Source: Anthoceros angustus
Lineage: Eukaryota; Plantae; Anthocerotophyta
Length of the DNA stretch: 64,000 nucleotides
Reading direction: 5' to 3'
NCBI GenBank assembly: GCA_010909165.1
Contig: VJWM01000182.1
Span: 394,030-458,029, forward strand
Made by a program: the position numbers and the translations under genes. Positions 43,330-55,299 of this stretch are shown in pieces (position 1 is the first letter of the stretch; every line of letters begins with the position of its first letter). The notes under the pieces were generated by a model that had not been told where the DNA came from, searched no databases, and saw only the letters and a program-made list of their open reading frames with translations.

Positions 43330-46300
43330 GCAGGTGAAACCAAGCTCGATAAGTAAGGCATGAAAAGTTTCATTCCAGGCCCTGCTGGATTGTTTCAGGC
43401 CATATAAAGTCTTGAGTAACAAACATACCTTGTCCATATCAACTTGGAAACCCTTAGGTTGCATCATGTATATCTCTTCTTCTAGAGACCCATTAAGGAA
43501 GGCTGTTTTTACATCAAGCTAATGGACGTGAGGCCATAGTGGGCTGCTAGGGATAACAGTATCCTAATAGAGGTCGACTTTACAACTGGGGCAAATGTTT
43601 CATTGTAATCCGGACCAGCTACTTGGCTATATCCTTTAGTAACTAATCTCGCCTTGTAGCGTCCTACACTCCCGTCAGTGTTTAACTTCTTCTTAAATAC
43701 CCATTTGCATGATACTGGCTTACGACCTTCAGGCAAGTCCACTAACTTCCAAGTGCCATTAGCTATGAGGGAATTATACTCAGAGTCTATTGCTTCCTTC
43801 CAGTATTGGGCTTCAGGACCTGTGATAACTTCAAGGTATGTAGCAGGCTCTGAGGTGTTAAAATTGGGTGTAGAAGATGAGGTAGCAGACAGTCCAGCAA
43901 CATAGGGAGGGGCTCAGACCATTCATGACGAGGAGGCCTATGACGTGTAGACCTACGCAATACTGGTGAGTCAGGAGGGTCTGGAGCAGGGACTGAAGGC
44001 TCTACAGGTGGTGGTGCAGGAACTAAAAGCTTACCAGAGACAGGAACAGGAACTATGTCTGGAGTAGGCTCAACAAGGTCAGGTAAACTCAAATCAGCTT
44101 CTTCAGGTTCAGTAAGAGGAGGAGAGAGCAACTCATCTGGCAAGGGTGGTGATGGTATTTGCTGCGATGGCTGTGTACTCCCCCGTGAAGCTGAAGAAGG
44201 TGGATCTTCAAAATCGAAAATGGAGACGTCAGCATCCTGGTCAGAGGAAAAGTCAGCTGAATCATCAACACCATGTATGGAGATGGGAGCCGGCAAAGAA
44301 GCAGGGATCAACAGATTATCATGTCGGCGAAGCAAAGCATTCTCATGAAATATAACACTGCGAGAATATGATAACTGTCGAGTAACAGGGTCAAAAAGCT
44401 TGTATCCTTTAACATCCTCAGCATAGCCTACGAAGATTCGTCGGACAGCCTTGGCATCCAACTTGCAGCGTAATTGAGAAGGGACTAAAGCATATGCTAG
44501 GCTACCAAAAATCTGCAAGTGAGTAATACGGGGCTTCTTGCCTGTCCACCTTTCATAAGGTCTGATGAGTCCAAGCTCCTTGGTGGGCAGTCTGTTTTGT
44601 ACATAATTGGCCGCAACAAGGGCCTCTGCCCAGTATCCCCTTGTGAGTCCAGCAAAAGACAGAGTTGAAAGTGTAGCTTCCTGTAGGGTCCTGTTCTTCC
44701 TCTCCGCAAAAGCATTTTGTGCAGGGGTATAGGGAACGGTAAACTGATGGATAACTCCCTCTGCTGCACAAAACTTAGAAAAGGCATGGTTAGTATATTC
44801 TCCCCCTTTGTCAGTGTTAAGGATCTTTAGTTTGCATCCAGTCTGACGTTGAGCCATGGTGGTAAAGTCTTGGAAACAAGAAAGTGTTTGACTTTTGCTA
44901 TGAAGAACGTAGATGGTGCAATATCTACTCCACTCATCGAGGAAGATGAGGAAATAAAGGGCCCCTCCAAACGATTCAGTAGACATAGGACCACAGAGGT
45001 CACTGTGAGCTGTATGCAAGAGGCTAGGGGCTCTAGAAAGATTCTGATCTCGAAATGGTTGGGAGATGGCTTTGTTGACCTGACAAGAGTCAAAAAAAGC
45101 TTGGTGGTCAAAAGAAAAAGACAGTTGATCTCGAAAAACAGTGTTGTTAACCAAGGAAGTTAGGCGCTGAAAATTCACATGTCCTAGCCGACAGTGCCAT
45201 AGCTGAGTTGGTGAGAAAGAGGGTGAGACACTTACATGGGCAGTGCTACACTGTGGTAAGGTTCTGACATTCAGCAAATACAAATCGTTAAAAGGTGGAC
45301 CAGAGAAAATATCATCCCAACCGGGTATGCGAGAAATTGAACAGCCAGTATGGTCAAAGCAGATTCGACAAGAATGTTCCTCAGCTAGTTTCATAACTGA
45401 CATCAAGTTTTTAGTCATGGCAGGGACGAAAAGCACACCTGTGAGAACCAAGACATCTAAGTTGGGCAGTTCTGTGCTTACCGAACCAGAACCTTTGATA
45501 GCAAGACCACTGTCATCACCTAACAACACAAACTGGCAACTGTCAGAAGCTGGTGTGAAATCGTGAAAGGCTTGTCTGTCATAGCAGATATGACTGGTTG
45601 CACCGGAATCCAAAAACCACATGTCAGCTTGTATGTGAACAGAGGATAAACAAACTGCAAGTATTGATGGGGTTTTGGATGTAGGAGGTTTAGCAGTAGC
45701 AAGATTTGATTCTGGGGCAGACACTTCCCTTTTAGGCTCCCCAGCACGCTTCTTACGATAGTCCTTTTCATAATGCCCGGGAATCTTGCACCAATTACAT
45801 GTGAAAGTCTTCCTCTGAAGATTCGGCTGCCTTGTAATGGAGTGACTTCCTCGGCCCTGTCCTCCTCTACCACGGCCACCTCTGCCACCTCTGCCTCGTC
45901 CAGAAAATAGAACCCTAGTGTTTTGATGAGTTCCTTGCTTGCCCTTGTGGAAACCCTTGGTCCGTTCTTCAGCTAAGAGGGCACCAAGTAGTTCCTCCAG
46001 GGTTAGGACTCGGGGTCCTCCAGCAGCCGCTGCAGAAGACCTTGCAAATTGAGAGCTAATAAAATGGCTGTAGCTCTCAGGCAGAGAGGCTAATAGGGTA
46101 GTCCCAGCTTGAGTCTCGGTGAGAACTGTCCCACAATAAGCTAAGGTGGCACGCGCAGTGCGAAACCGGTTGATATAAGACTCCACAGTCTCGGTCTCCT
46201 TCATCCTCATGCCATAAAACTCTCTATGTGCATACAATTGGGAAGCACTGCTCTTATCTCAGATAAAGTGATCGGGTTGTGCCATGCACCGAGGTGTCGA

Positions 46301-47035
46301 CCAAGAGTGTGGGGCATCATGTTTCTATCCAAAGATGCAATAAGAATAAAGCGAGCTCTCCTGTCCTTTCTCTGCCACGCCAGAATGTCAGCAGCATTCG
46401 TAGCATTTGCAGCTGTTGCATGAGCAGGCTGCACTGGAGGATAACTTCAATCCCATCAACGATTGACATGCATATCTTCATCCCCCTCGCCATCGAGACC
46501 CATGGGGCCATGGGCAAGGCCTTTTCTAGGGTCCTTAAGGCATGTGCCAGGGAGTACCATAGCCGCAAGAGTGGGTTGGCCTCCCTCTTTCCATATCGTG
46601 GTTTTCTACAGGCAACGGGTGTCCATCACCCTGCAGCGGGCGTGGTGTGTAGGATGACGACAAACACGGGGCAGGTAGCATCTTCGACACCGGTGGTAGG
46701 TTGGCCCTTTCCTATCCCCGATTTTAATATCCTTGGTGCGGTAGGCAATTACAAGATTGGCGAGCAGAGTTAGTATGGTATGGTGCCCTCCTAAGGTTGT
46801 TCCCTGTTGTCGTGGGGTAAGGGTTTTCCCTCTGTTTTTTTATAATAGAGTCTCCATTTCCCTTTGAACGTAATTGCGTCCAGAAAGCAATAGCGAAAGC
46901 TTCAACCTCCAATGCGGGGAATAAGTAAAAAGATGGCTACCAGGGTTTGCCGTTGTGGCCAGTCGGGAATGTGTGTTAGGCATTTGGAGCGCTGAAAATC
47001 CAATCCCAGGCTTATCCAGAGTGAAGGGAGCGGTC
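43330..47035 (-). mobile_element. Ty1/copia retrotransposon, truncated: gag-PR-IN-partial RT, no LTRs seen
   Basis: Knuckle CNWCKIPGH, WFLDSGATSHI, LWHCRLGH, HSDLCGP / TDKGGEY / AERKNRTL, then frameshifted RT with CKWVFKKK, YKARLV and LYGLKQS. Ends before YVDD. Confidence 0.95.
46468..46856 (+). mobile_element. Second CRE-like RLE LINE 3' fragment, inserted antisense in copia gag; duplicated at ~49802-50178
   Basis: HIFIPLAIETHGAMGK...FYRQRVSITLQRA and 3' end AATAGAGTCTCCA, homologous to 27614-28093. Splits gag NYVQREMETLL / MSIVDGIE. Confidence 0.72.
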
Positions 47036-47041
47036 GGTGGT

Positions 47042-47818
47042 CGCCTCGAGAGAGACTTGAATCAAGCGCCATCACTAACCCTAGATTGCAGCGAACGCGT
47101 CAAATTGGCGAGGACCTAACATCTCCGCTTCGTGGTTCTCCATTTCCGTGTTTGCACTAGTGCAAGAATTGACATGTTTGTGGTAGAATTGGACGCTAAT
47201 TAGCAGAGAAGGAAGGGCCTCAAGTGGCTTGTATTGAATTGGTGGCGATGGGAAGAAGAAGGAAGGATGCGACGGAACCCGATCCCCGAGCCTGTGCAAG
47301 ACGAAGAAAACGCGAGCGAGCGGGAAAGCAAGACTGCTAAGAAGGCGATGCCGATGATTTGCAAGACCTCTGGGAGGACATGCTAGCGACGGCCGCAGTG
47401 GGCCGCCCGCAGTGAGGGCACTCAAGTCGGAAGCCTGGTTTCAAGGCAAGCACAACAAAACTGGAGGCCATGGAGAGAAGGGGAAAAAGGGTGGGAAGAG
47501 GGTGGCTTATTCCATCCCTGGCCGAGGAGACACATTCGACTTGGAGCCTGATGGATGTAGTGAAGATCGGACAAGGATTGGATGGTTGTTCAGATCCGTG
47601 GGCTATGCACTTCCTCGGGAGTTAGAAATAAGTAGGGTTTCGCTTTTTTAGGATTGAAGGATAAATAAGGCGGAAAAGGAGGAATAAATTGGGGTAGCGC
47701 TGACGAGGCTCGAGTATACTCCGGACTGGAGTGAACAACGGACCTGCACCACTATGGCAAGCTCCGACCACGCCGAGTAACGGATAAGTCCGGAACCCAC
47801 CTGTGGATAAGTACGCCA
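47042..47818. repeat. ~780 bp unclassified repeat, second copy at 62943-63711
   Basis: Colinear from cgcctcgag...gaatcaagcgccatc to ggataagtacgcca, with many small indels. Confidence 0.88.
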
Positions 47819-48244
47819 GGAAAGTAACCTAGGAGCGAGGCGTGAGGATGACGAGGCGGCGCCGTGGACGGCCCCGAGTGGAGGTCGGGCATGCAGAGGT
47901 TGACCGTAAGCTGCAGGCCGCAGGCAGTATTCACGCCCGCGCCGCGCGCGCGCGTAAGGCCGGTAAGGCGAGGGTCGAGTGCGTGCACTCGCGCTACGGA
48001 CAACGAAGAGGCGCCTTCCGCCCAGCACTTTCCACAAGCGCCAAGGAGGGAGGTCATTTCACGCAGCCTCCGCATAATCCTCATACCTTGCGCCCGCAAT
48101 CCGCTCGCGCTTCTTGGGCGCCGCCACTTTAGAGCGCGCACAAGGTTGGAGCAAACGCGGCGGAGGAACATCGCGCGGACCAGCCAGCAAAGAACAAGAG
48201 GAGGAGAAAGCAATGGCACCCAAAAGCCGGGAAGTCTGGGAGCC

Positions 48245-49015
48245 ATGGTGGCGGTCGGAGGGCTGCTGTCACTGGAACAGCCCGCGGCCTCCCGTAGGCT
48301 CTCTCACAAGGCCTCCACCAGCTTCCTAGGCAACGTTGCCGGGCTCCGCGCCGCGCACATCTCCGCGCCCAGGACCTCTCCCCGCGCCCTCCAAGTCCGC
48401 GCTGAGAAGGTATTTGTGGGTTCGTGTTTGTGTTTGTGTCCGCTGCTAAGCCCGCCCCGCCCTGCATTGCATTGCATTCCATTGTGTTGCTTGAGCTGAG
48501 GATGCCTGAACGAGCTGCTTACCGCTGTGCAGTACCAAGTGATCGAGCCCATCAATGGGGACCCGTTCGTGGGATCTCTGGAGACCCCGGTCACCTCGAG
48601 CCCCCTAGTGGCGTGGTATCTGTCCAGCCTGCCGGCGTACCGCACCGCCGTGAACCCGCTGCTGCGAGGGGTGGAGGTGGGGCTCGCCCACGGGTTCTTC
48701 CTGGTGGGCCCTTTCGTGAAGGCGGGGCCTCTGCGGAACACGGAGGTGGCGGGGCTGGCGGGATCCGTCGGCGCGGCCGGCCTGGTGGTCATCCTCACCC
48801 TCGGCCTCACCATCTACGGCATTGCCCAGTTCAAGGATGGCAAGGCCTCCGTTGCTCCCAGCCTGACGCTCACCGGTAGGAAGAAGGTGGCCGACAAGCT
48901 GCAAACCGCCGAGGGCTGGGCAAATTTCTCCGGCGGGTTTTTCTTCGGCGGCCTCTCCGGCGTCGCCTGGGCGTACTTCCTGCTGTTCGTTCTCCAGCTC
49001 CCCTACCCCGTCTAG
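48245..49015 (+). CDS. PSAL: Photosystem I subunit XI (PsaL) with transit peptide, 2 exons (48245-48409, 48533-49015)
   Basis: [38 protein letters not shown]...[25 protein letters not shown]...[16 protein letters not shown]. Confidence 0.97.
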
Positions 49016-49165
49016 GCCTTACACCTCTTGTAAAGCATTTGTTCTTTGTAAACATTTGACAAAATGTCCCTCTTTCCCTTGCAAAACTGCTGCTCTTCTA
49101 CGCGTCTGGCTCTGTTGCTCATCGTTCGCAGACAATATGGGTTATTAATTTCTCACTATCTTCAG

Positions 49166-50356
49166 AAGTCTTCCTCAAGATTCGGTGCCTTGTAATGGAG
49201 TGACTTCCTCGGCCCCTGTCCTCCTCTACCACCACCACCTCGCCACCTCCGCGTCCGTAAATAGAACCCTAGTGTTTTGATGAGTTCCTTGCTTGCCCTT
49301 GGAAACCCTTGGTCCGTTCTTGCCAAGAGGGCACCAAGTAGTTCCTCTGGTTAGGACTGGTCCTCCAGCCGCAGAAGACCTTGCAAATTGAGAGCTAATA
49401 AAATGGCAGTAGCTCTCGCAGAGAGAGGCTAATAGGGTAGTCCCAGCCTTGAGTCTCTTGAGAATCCCCACAATAAGCTAAGGTGGCACGCGCAGTGCGA
49501 AACCGGTTGATATAAGACTCCACAGTCTCGGTCTCCTTCATCCTCATGCCATAAAACTCTCTATGTGCATACAATTGGGAAGCACTGCTCTTATCTGTAT
49601 AAAGCAGACTGAAGTTGTGCCACACAGCAGCCGAGGTGTCAGCACCAAGAGTGTGGGGCATCATGTTTCTATCCAAAGATGCAATAAGAATAAAGCGAGC
49701 TCTCCTGTCCTTTCTCTGCCACGCCAGAATGTCAGATGTAGCATTTGCGTACCGCTAGTGAGCGTCATCGGAGGGATAACTTCAATCCCATCAACGATTG
49801 ACATGCATATCTTCATCCCCCTCGCCATCGAGACCCATGGGGCCATGGGCAAGGCCTTTCTAGGGTCCTTAAGGCATGTGCCGGAGTACCATAGCCGCAA
49901 GAGTGGGTTGGCCTCCCTCTTTCCATATCGTGGTTTTTCTACAGTAACGGTGTCCATCACCCCGCAATGGTGTGTGGATGACGACAAACACGCAAGGTGT
50001 AGCATCTTCGACACCGGTGGTAGGTTGGCCCTTTCCTATCCCCGATTTTAATATCCTTGGTGCGGTAGGCAATTACAAGATTGGCGAGCAGTTAGTATGG
50101 TATGGTGCCCTCCTAAGGTTGTTCCCTGTTGTCGTGGGGTAAGGGTTTTCCCTCTGTTTTTTTATAATAGAGTCTCCATTTCCCTTTGAACGTAATTGCG
50201 TCCAGAAAGCAATAGCGAAAGCTTCAACCTCCAATGCGGGGAATAAGTAAAAAGATGGCTACCAGGGTTTGCCGTTGTGGCCAGTCGGGAATGTGTGTTA
50301 GGCATTTGGAGCGCTGAAAATCCAATCCCAGGCTTATCCAGAGTGAAGGGGAGCGG
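49166..50356 (-). mobile_element. Direct duplicate of the copia gag region 45805-47035, including the nested LINE fragment
   Basis: Colinear sequence differing mostly by 1-3 bp indels. Confidence 0.9.
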
Positions 50357-50470
50357 GCCTATCAACGCCCTCCTGGCCTCCGCTTCTTTGTTGTGTGCGC
50401 CTGCAGCTTCATCTCGCTCTCTTCCAGTGTAGCCAACCCCCCGTGCGTCCTCGAGCAAGCGGAGCCAACT

Positions 50471-51992
50471 TCAGTCCCGCGTCTCGCTCCGCTCCGCCCA
50501 GCACAGCCCTTCCCTTCCTTCATCCACCACACGGAAGATGTGGACACGAATCTCTCGCTTCTGCTTGTCCTGGACTTCAAACACGCACACATCGTGGATA
50601 TCCAAACTGCGATCTAATGCAAAAGTACGCCAGCCTGCGCTCAGGCCTGGACAGTTGCCTCGCTTCTCCACAATGTATCTCACTGCCTGTCGTCTGTTGA
50701 GGCTGTCGATGAGGTGAACGTCCACGTTTACCCTCCCCAAGTGCGGGATGCAAAAGTTCCCGGGGAGACCCTGTGACACAAGCACGGGCAGTCATGTGCT
50801 TCCATCTCACTGTACTGGATCAGATCCTGATTCGTGAAAGCTTGGGAACGATTGCTTACCAGCCAGAACCCACGGTACACATGTGAGTGCTTCAACTCCA
50901 CCAAGACAGACGGATTCTCGCATTTCAGCGCTTTGGCTGCCTCCTTAGCACGACGGCACTCCTTCTTTGTCACTTCTCTCCTGGTGGAAACAAAGAGCTC
51001 AGACCGAGCACGCGGACCATGAGGTGACTTGGGGACTGTCTTCTGCACTTTCCTGCTTCTCCTGGAGACAATCCTCTCCTCTCTGACTCGGCTCCTGCTT
51101 GTCTGCGGACCCTGCACCTTCCTCCGTACCATATTTTCGCTCTCGGATTCGTCGGTCAGGTCGATGACCTCTCGCTTCACCAGCACAGGACGATCAAGGA
51201 CCCTCATCTCCGCTTTGTCGCCGTCCCCGCCTGTGTACCAGTGCCTGGGAGGCTTTGGCGCCAGATACTCCTCGTAATCCTCCCCACATCCTCGAGCCCA
51301 ATGCTTCTCGCTTTGCAAATGCCGGGTGCCTGTGCTGCCAGGCCAGGGAAGCGTTGCACATCGCTTCTTGTTCTTCTTCTTCTGCTTCGCCATCTTCTTC
51401 TTCCTTTTCATCGGGCAAGCATTTCGAGTCTCCTTCTCCAACCTTGCGCAGTCTCCGCAAGCGAGGCTCAGAGGCTGGCACCGCAATGCCACTATCCTTG
51501 TCCCGCTTCAGGCTGCCGTCAGAGTTGAAAATCAGGACGGTCAGCAGCGACCTGGCCACCAGCTGGAACACCAGCAAATCTCCTTCCTTCAGTGCCTGGG
51601 CTCGTGCGAAGGCCTGCCAGCCCTGGACAAGGGCGAATTTTGCCTGCATCTCTGTCACCACAAGCCATTGCTGGCCGTTGGGGATTTGCAGATGCACGTA
51701 CTCGTCCAGAACGTCCCCGGCTTCGTCCGCGAATGCTGAGGGAAGGAGCTGCGCAAAATTCAACATACGCAAACATGAACGAGGAAGGCTGAGCAACCAG
51801 CCGGCCTCTGACTCAAGGACGAGCTAAGCCTCACATGCATGACAAAAGTAGTAGAGCGCCCACCAGAAATTCTTGCTGGAGAGATTCTTCCTTCATCACG
51901 AGAGCGAAAGAGGAGGTGTGGATGAAATCTTCCTTGTGGATCATCTTGCAAATCTCCGTGCATTTGAGGCAAGCGCCGCCATCCTTATCCAT
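50471..51992 (-). CDS. REM-type protein with two B3 domains; apparent frameshift in the linker (~51300-51360)
   Basis: B3-1 LPSAF...GQQWLV...LVQGWQAFARAQALKEGDLLVFQL; B3-2 NPSVLVELKHSHVYRGFWL|GLPGNF...LSAGWRTFALDRSLDIHDVCVFEV. Start codon uncertain. Confidence 0.8.
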
Positions 51993-52563
51993 GCTCTCAG
52001 CTTGTGGAACAGCGATTTCCCACGGTATCACCAGGGAAAGTGAATCTCCAGAGGGGTCTCAGCAGCTGGAAATGCTTCCCTGGGTAATGAGTTTCCCTGA
52101 CGGATCCGGGTCCTGGGCACCTCAACTTGCACCACGACAGGCGTGGGAGGAGAGAAATGGGGAGGGAAGAAAAGGAATCGCTTGCTGTTCCTCTGGCAAC
52201 CTGCGGCAGAGACCACCAGAGTTCAGAACGGAATGGCCTGAGACCTCCGTTGAGCCTCGGCATAAGCCGCATCCCAGCCCAGCCCAGCCCGTGCCCGTAC
52301 ATCTTCAACGGTCAAAACCCCATGCGGCTAAATCTTCTAGAGACCGAGCCGCGCTTATGGTGGAGCGACACCTACATAAACCATGCTTTGGCATTGTCGC
52401 TGAGGTTATCTAATAATCAAAATTAATATAAATGTCTAAGGGAAATCTATATAGAATTTCTTGCCTTGTGCACCTCCCCGATGTAAAACTTGCAAAGGTT
52501 GAGGACCTTCCCTTGTGTGAAAAGATAGTTGGAAAACCATATCTCCATAATGGACCAAGTCAT

Positions 52564-54316
52564 TGTTGAAGGGATAACCCTACACTGGTCAACCTATGGA
52601 CACACTAGGGTTATGTGGTCTAGATAACTAATGATACTTAAAGACATTTTTGTTCATTACACATTAATTAATACTTTTGGTAGTCTGCACGCACAAGGCT
52701 CTTCGCTCTCCCGGCTCTCGCCTCCTGCCACTCCCAAATTCACATGGTATCAAAGCCAAAGGTTCTGATTCTTTATTCTCGCTGCTAATTATGCCTCGGT
52801 GCGGTGGATCTGTCGGTCAAGGGCGTGGCTCGCGTTTCTACATATGCGACGACACACATCAGACCCCATTGGCAAGGGCACCTTGGCGGCCATCTTCAAC
52901 AGCTCGAAGGCATGCTCAACACTGGTATCTTCAAGCTGCTTGAGGACATCCTCGCCGCTGATCGACCACGACAACTTCCGACCACCGCTTCCCACCCAAA
53001 GAAATCGATCAACTGCTCCACTGAATGGCGTCGGTGGCACATCCCCGCCTCCCGGCCGAGCCGCTCCTTCACCCGTGTTCTCTTCTCCTTTGGTGGGCGG
53101 CGCACCGTGAGTATCCACTCCATACTTTCGCCCGCGTGTCGCCATGTTCCAAAGGTGGGTCACGATGATAAGGGCAGTTGTCGCGACAAGAAGTGCTGCG
53201 AGAGCAAGGGTTTCATTGTGGATTTGGTCATTTCGAGCTGAAGCTTGAAGTTGGACGGATGGCACTCGCTTCCTACGTAACGGACGTGGTGCCGAGTGAT
53301 GCCGGTGCTGTTACAAGTTGACACCGTTAGGTTAAGAGGGAGTGTTGAAGGGGTAACCCTACACTGGTCAACATATGGACACACTAGGGTTATGTGGTCT
53401 AGATAACTAATGATACTTAAAGACATTTTTGTTCATTACACATTAATTAATACTTTTGGTAGTCTGCACGCACAAGGCTCTTCGCTCTCCCGGCTCTCGC
53501 CTCCTGCCACTCCCAAATTCACATGGTATCAAAGCCAAAGGTTCTGATTCTTTATTCTCGCTGCTAATTATGCCTCGGTGCGGTGGATCTGTCGGTCAAG
53601 GGCGTGGCTCGCGTTTCTACATATGCGACGACACACATCAGACCCCATTGGCAAGGGCACCTTGCCATCTTCAACCAAGGCATGCTCAACACTGGTATCT
53701 TCAAGCTGCTTGAGGACATCCTCGCCGACCGATCCGACCACGACAACTTCCGACCACCGCTTCCCACCCAAAGAAATCGATCAACTGCTCCACTGAATGG
53801 CGCCCATCGGTACATCCTCGCCCTCACGCTGAGCCGCCTCCCTTCACCCGTGTTCTCTTCTCCTTTGGTGGGCGTGCGCAGCTGTGAGTATCCACTCCAT
53901 ACTTTCGCCCGCTGCGTGTCGCCATGTTCCAAAGGTGGGTCACGATGATAAGGGCAGCTGTCGCGACAAGAAGTGCTGCGAGAGCAAGGGTTTCAGCTGT
54001 GGATTTGGTCATTTCTGGAGCTTTGAAGCTTGACAGTGTTGGACGGGATGGCACTTTCGCTTCCCCACAGAACGGGACGTGGTGCCGAGTGATGCCGGTG
54101 CTGTTACAAGTTGACACCGTTAGGTTAAGAGGGAGTGTTGAAGGGGTAACCCTACACTGGTCAACATATGGACACACTAGGGTTATGTGGTCTAGATAAC
54201 TAATGATACTTAAAGACATTTTTGTTCATTACACATTAATTAATACTTTTGGTAGTCTGCACGCACAAGGCTCTTCGCTCTCCCGGCTCTCGCCTCCTGC
54301 CACTCCCAAATTCACA
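52564..54316 (+). mobile_element. Tandem TRIM (LTR-int-LTR-int-LTR), non-autonomous LTR retrotransposon
   Basis: Three 181 bp TG...CA LTRs (52564-52744, 53343-53523, 54136-54316). PBS TGGTATCAAAGCC after LTR1 and LTR2; purine tract AAGAGGGAG before LTR2 and LTR3; TSD GTCAT at 52559-52563 and 54317-54321. Confidence 0.93.
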
Positions 54317-55299
54317 GTCATCTTTGCAGATAATTCACACAGACAATTTTTGGTTCCTTGTCTACACCCTCTGTTAGTGGAAGTAACATCATAAATTTTG
54401 AAGGGGGGGGAATATGCTCGATGGGGGTTTTTTGTGAATAACCGCTGAAGAGGGTTGGTGATGGGTCTAAAAGCTGTGGGTTTAGCTATTGTGTGGAAAC
54501 TAAAGCGAAAAAAGGGTCCGCCCCGATCATACGAGTTTTCCGTTGGTATATATGACTGCCGAAGGGTGACCCAATTCCCTACACCGTTTGTTTCGGCCAA
54601 AACAATACCCATAATCCACACCCTGTTTGCCGGTCTAGCAATACTGTTATCACACATTCGCGATTCCAATGCCACTATGGAACGGTCATGAAATCTCGCG
54701 GACAGGTTCAATCCATAAAACAAAATTGTGGGGAAGAAAATTTCGTTTGCTCAGCAGGTTTAATGTGTGATCCTTCGCCTATTAGAGAGGTGAGTAGGGA
54801 GGGGCCGCTGGCCGGCGCCTCCCGGCCTCGCCAGAGAGGCACATGCAACATGTTTGGTATCCACTTGGGCACCAGTTCCTGGAGAATGAAGTGGAACCGG
54901 TCAATGTGGTACGGCGTGGCATGTTGCATGAGGGGCGCGCCCGCCACCCGCCCGTAAGGGCACATTCCACATGGTTGCTATCCGCATTGTCGCCACTTCC
55001 TTTGGAATGAAATAGAACAGGGCCCTGCAGGGGGGGGTCATGTTGCATGCCGTGGTGTTGGAGACAAATACCCTAAACCGCGGGACTCACGCAACATATT
55101 CACAGGACATAGTCCGTCAATATTCAGCCTAAAACAAGTGGTATGTGCAACCATTGCTTCTACAATTTCACAAAGTTATGCGAACAACATAAGAGGAATA
55201 GGGGCCACCGCACCCGAGCCATGTACCACGGTTTGGTTGTAAAGGATGGGCGTAATACGAAGTGGGGACCCACATCCATACGACCCCTAATGACAATGG

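Noticed and set aside
52677-54394. ORFs across the TRIM as protein-coding genes
   Set aside because: They cross LTR boundaries, are not preserved between the two units and show no recognisable domain.
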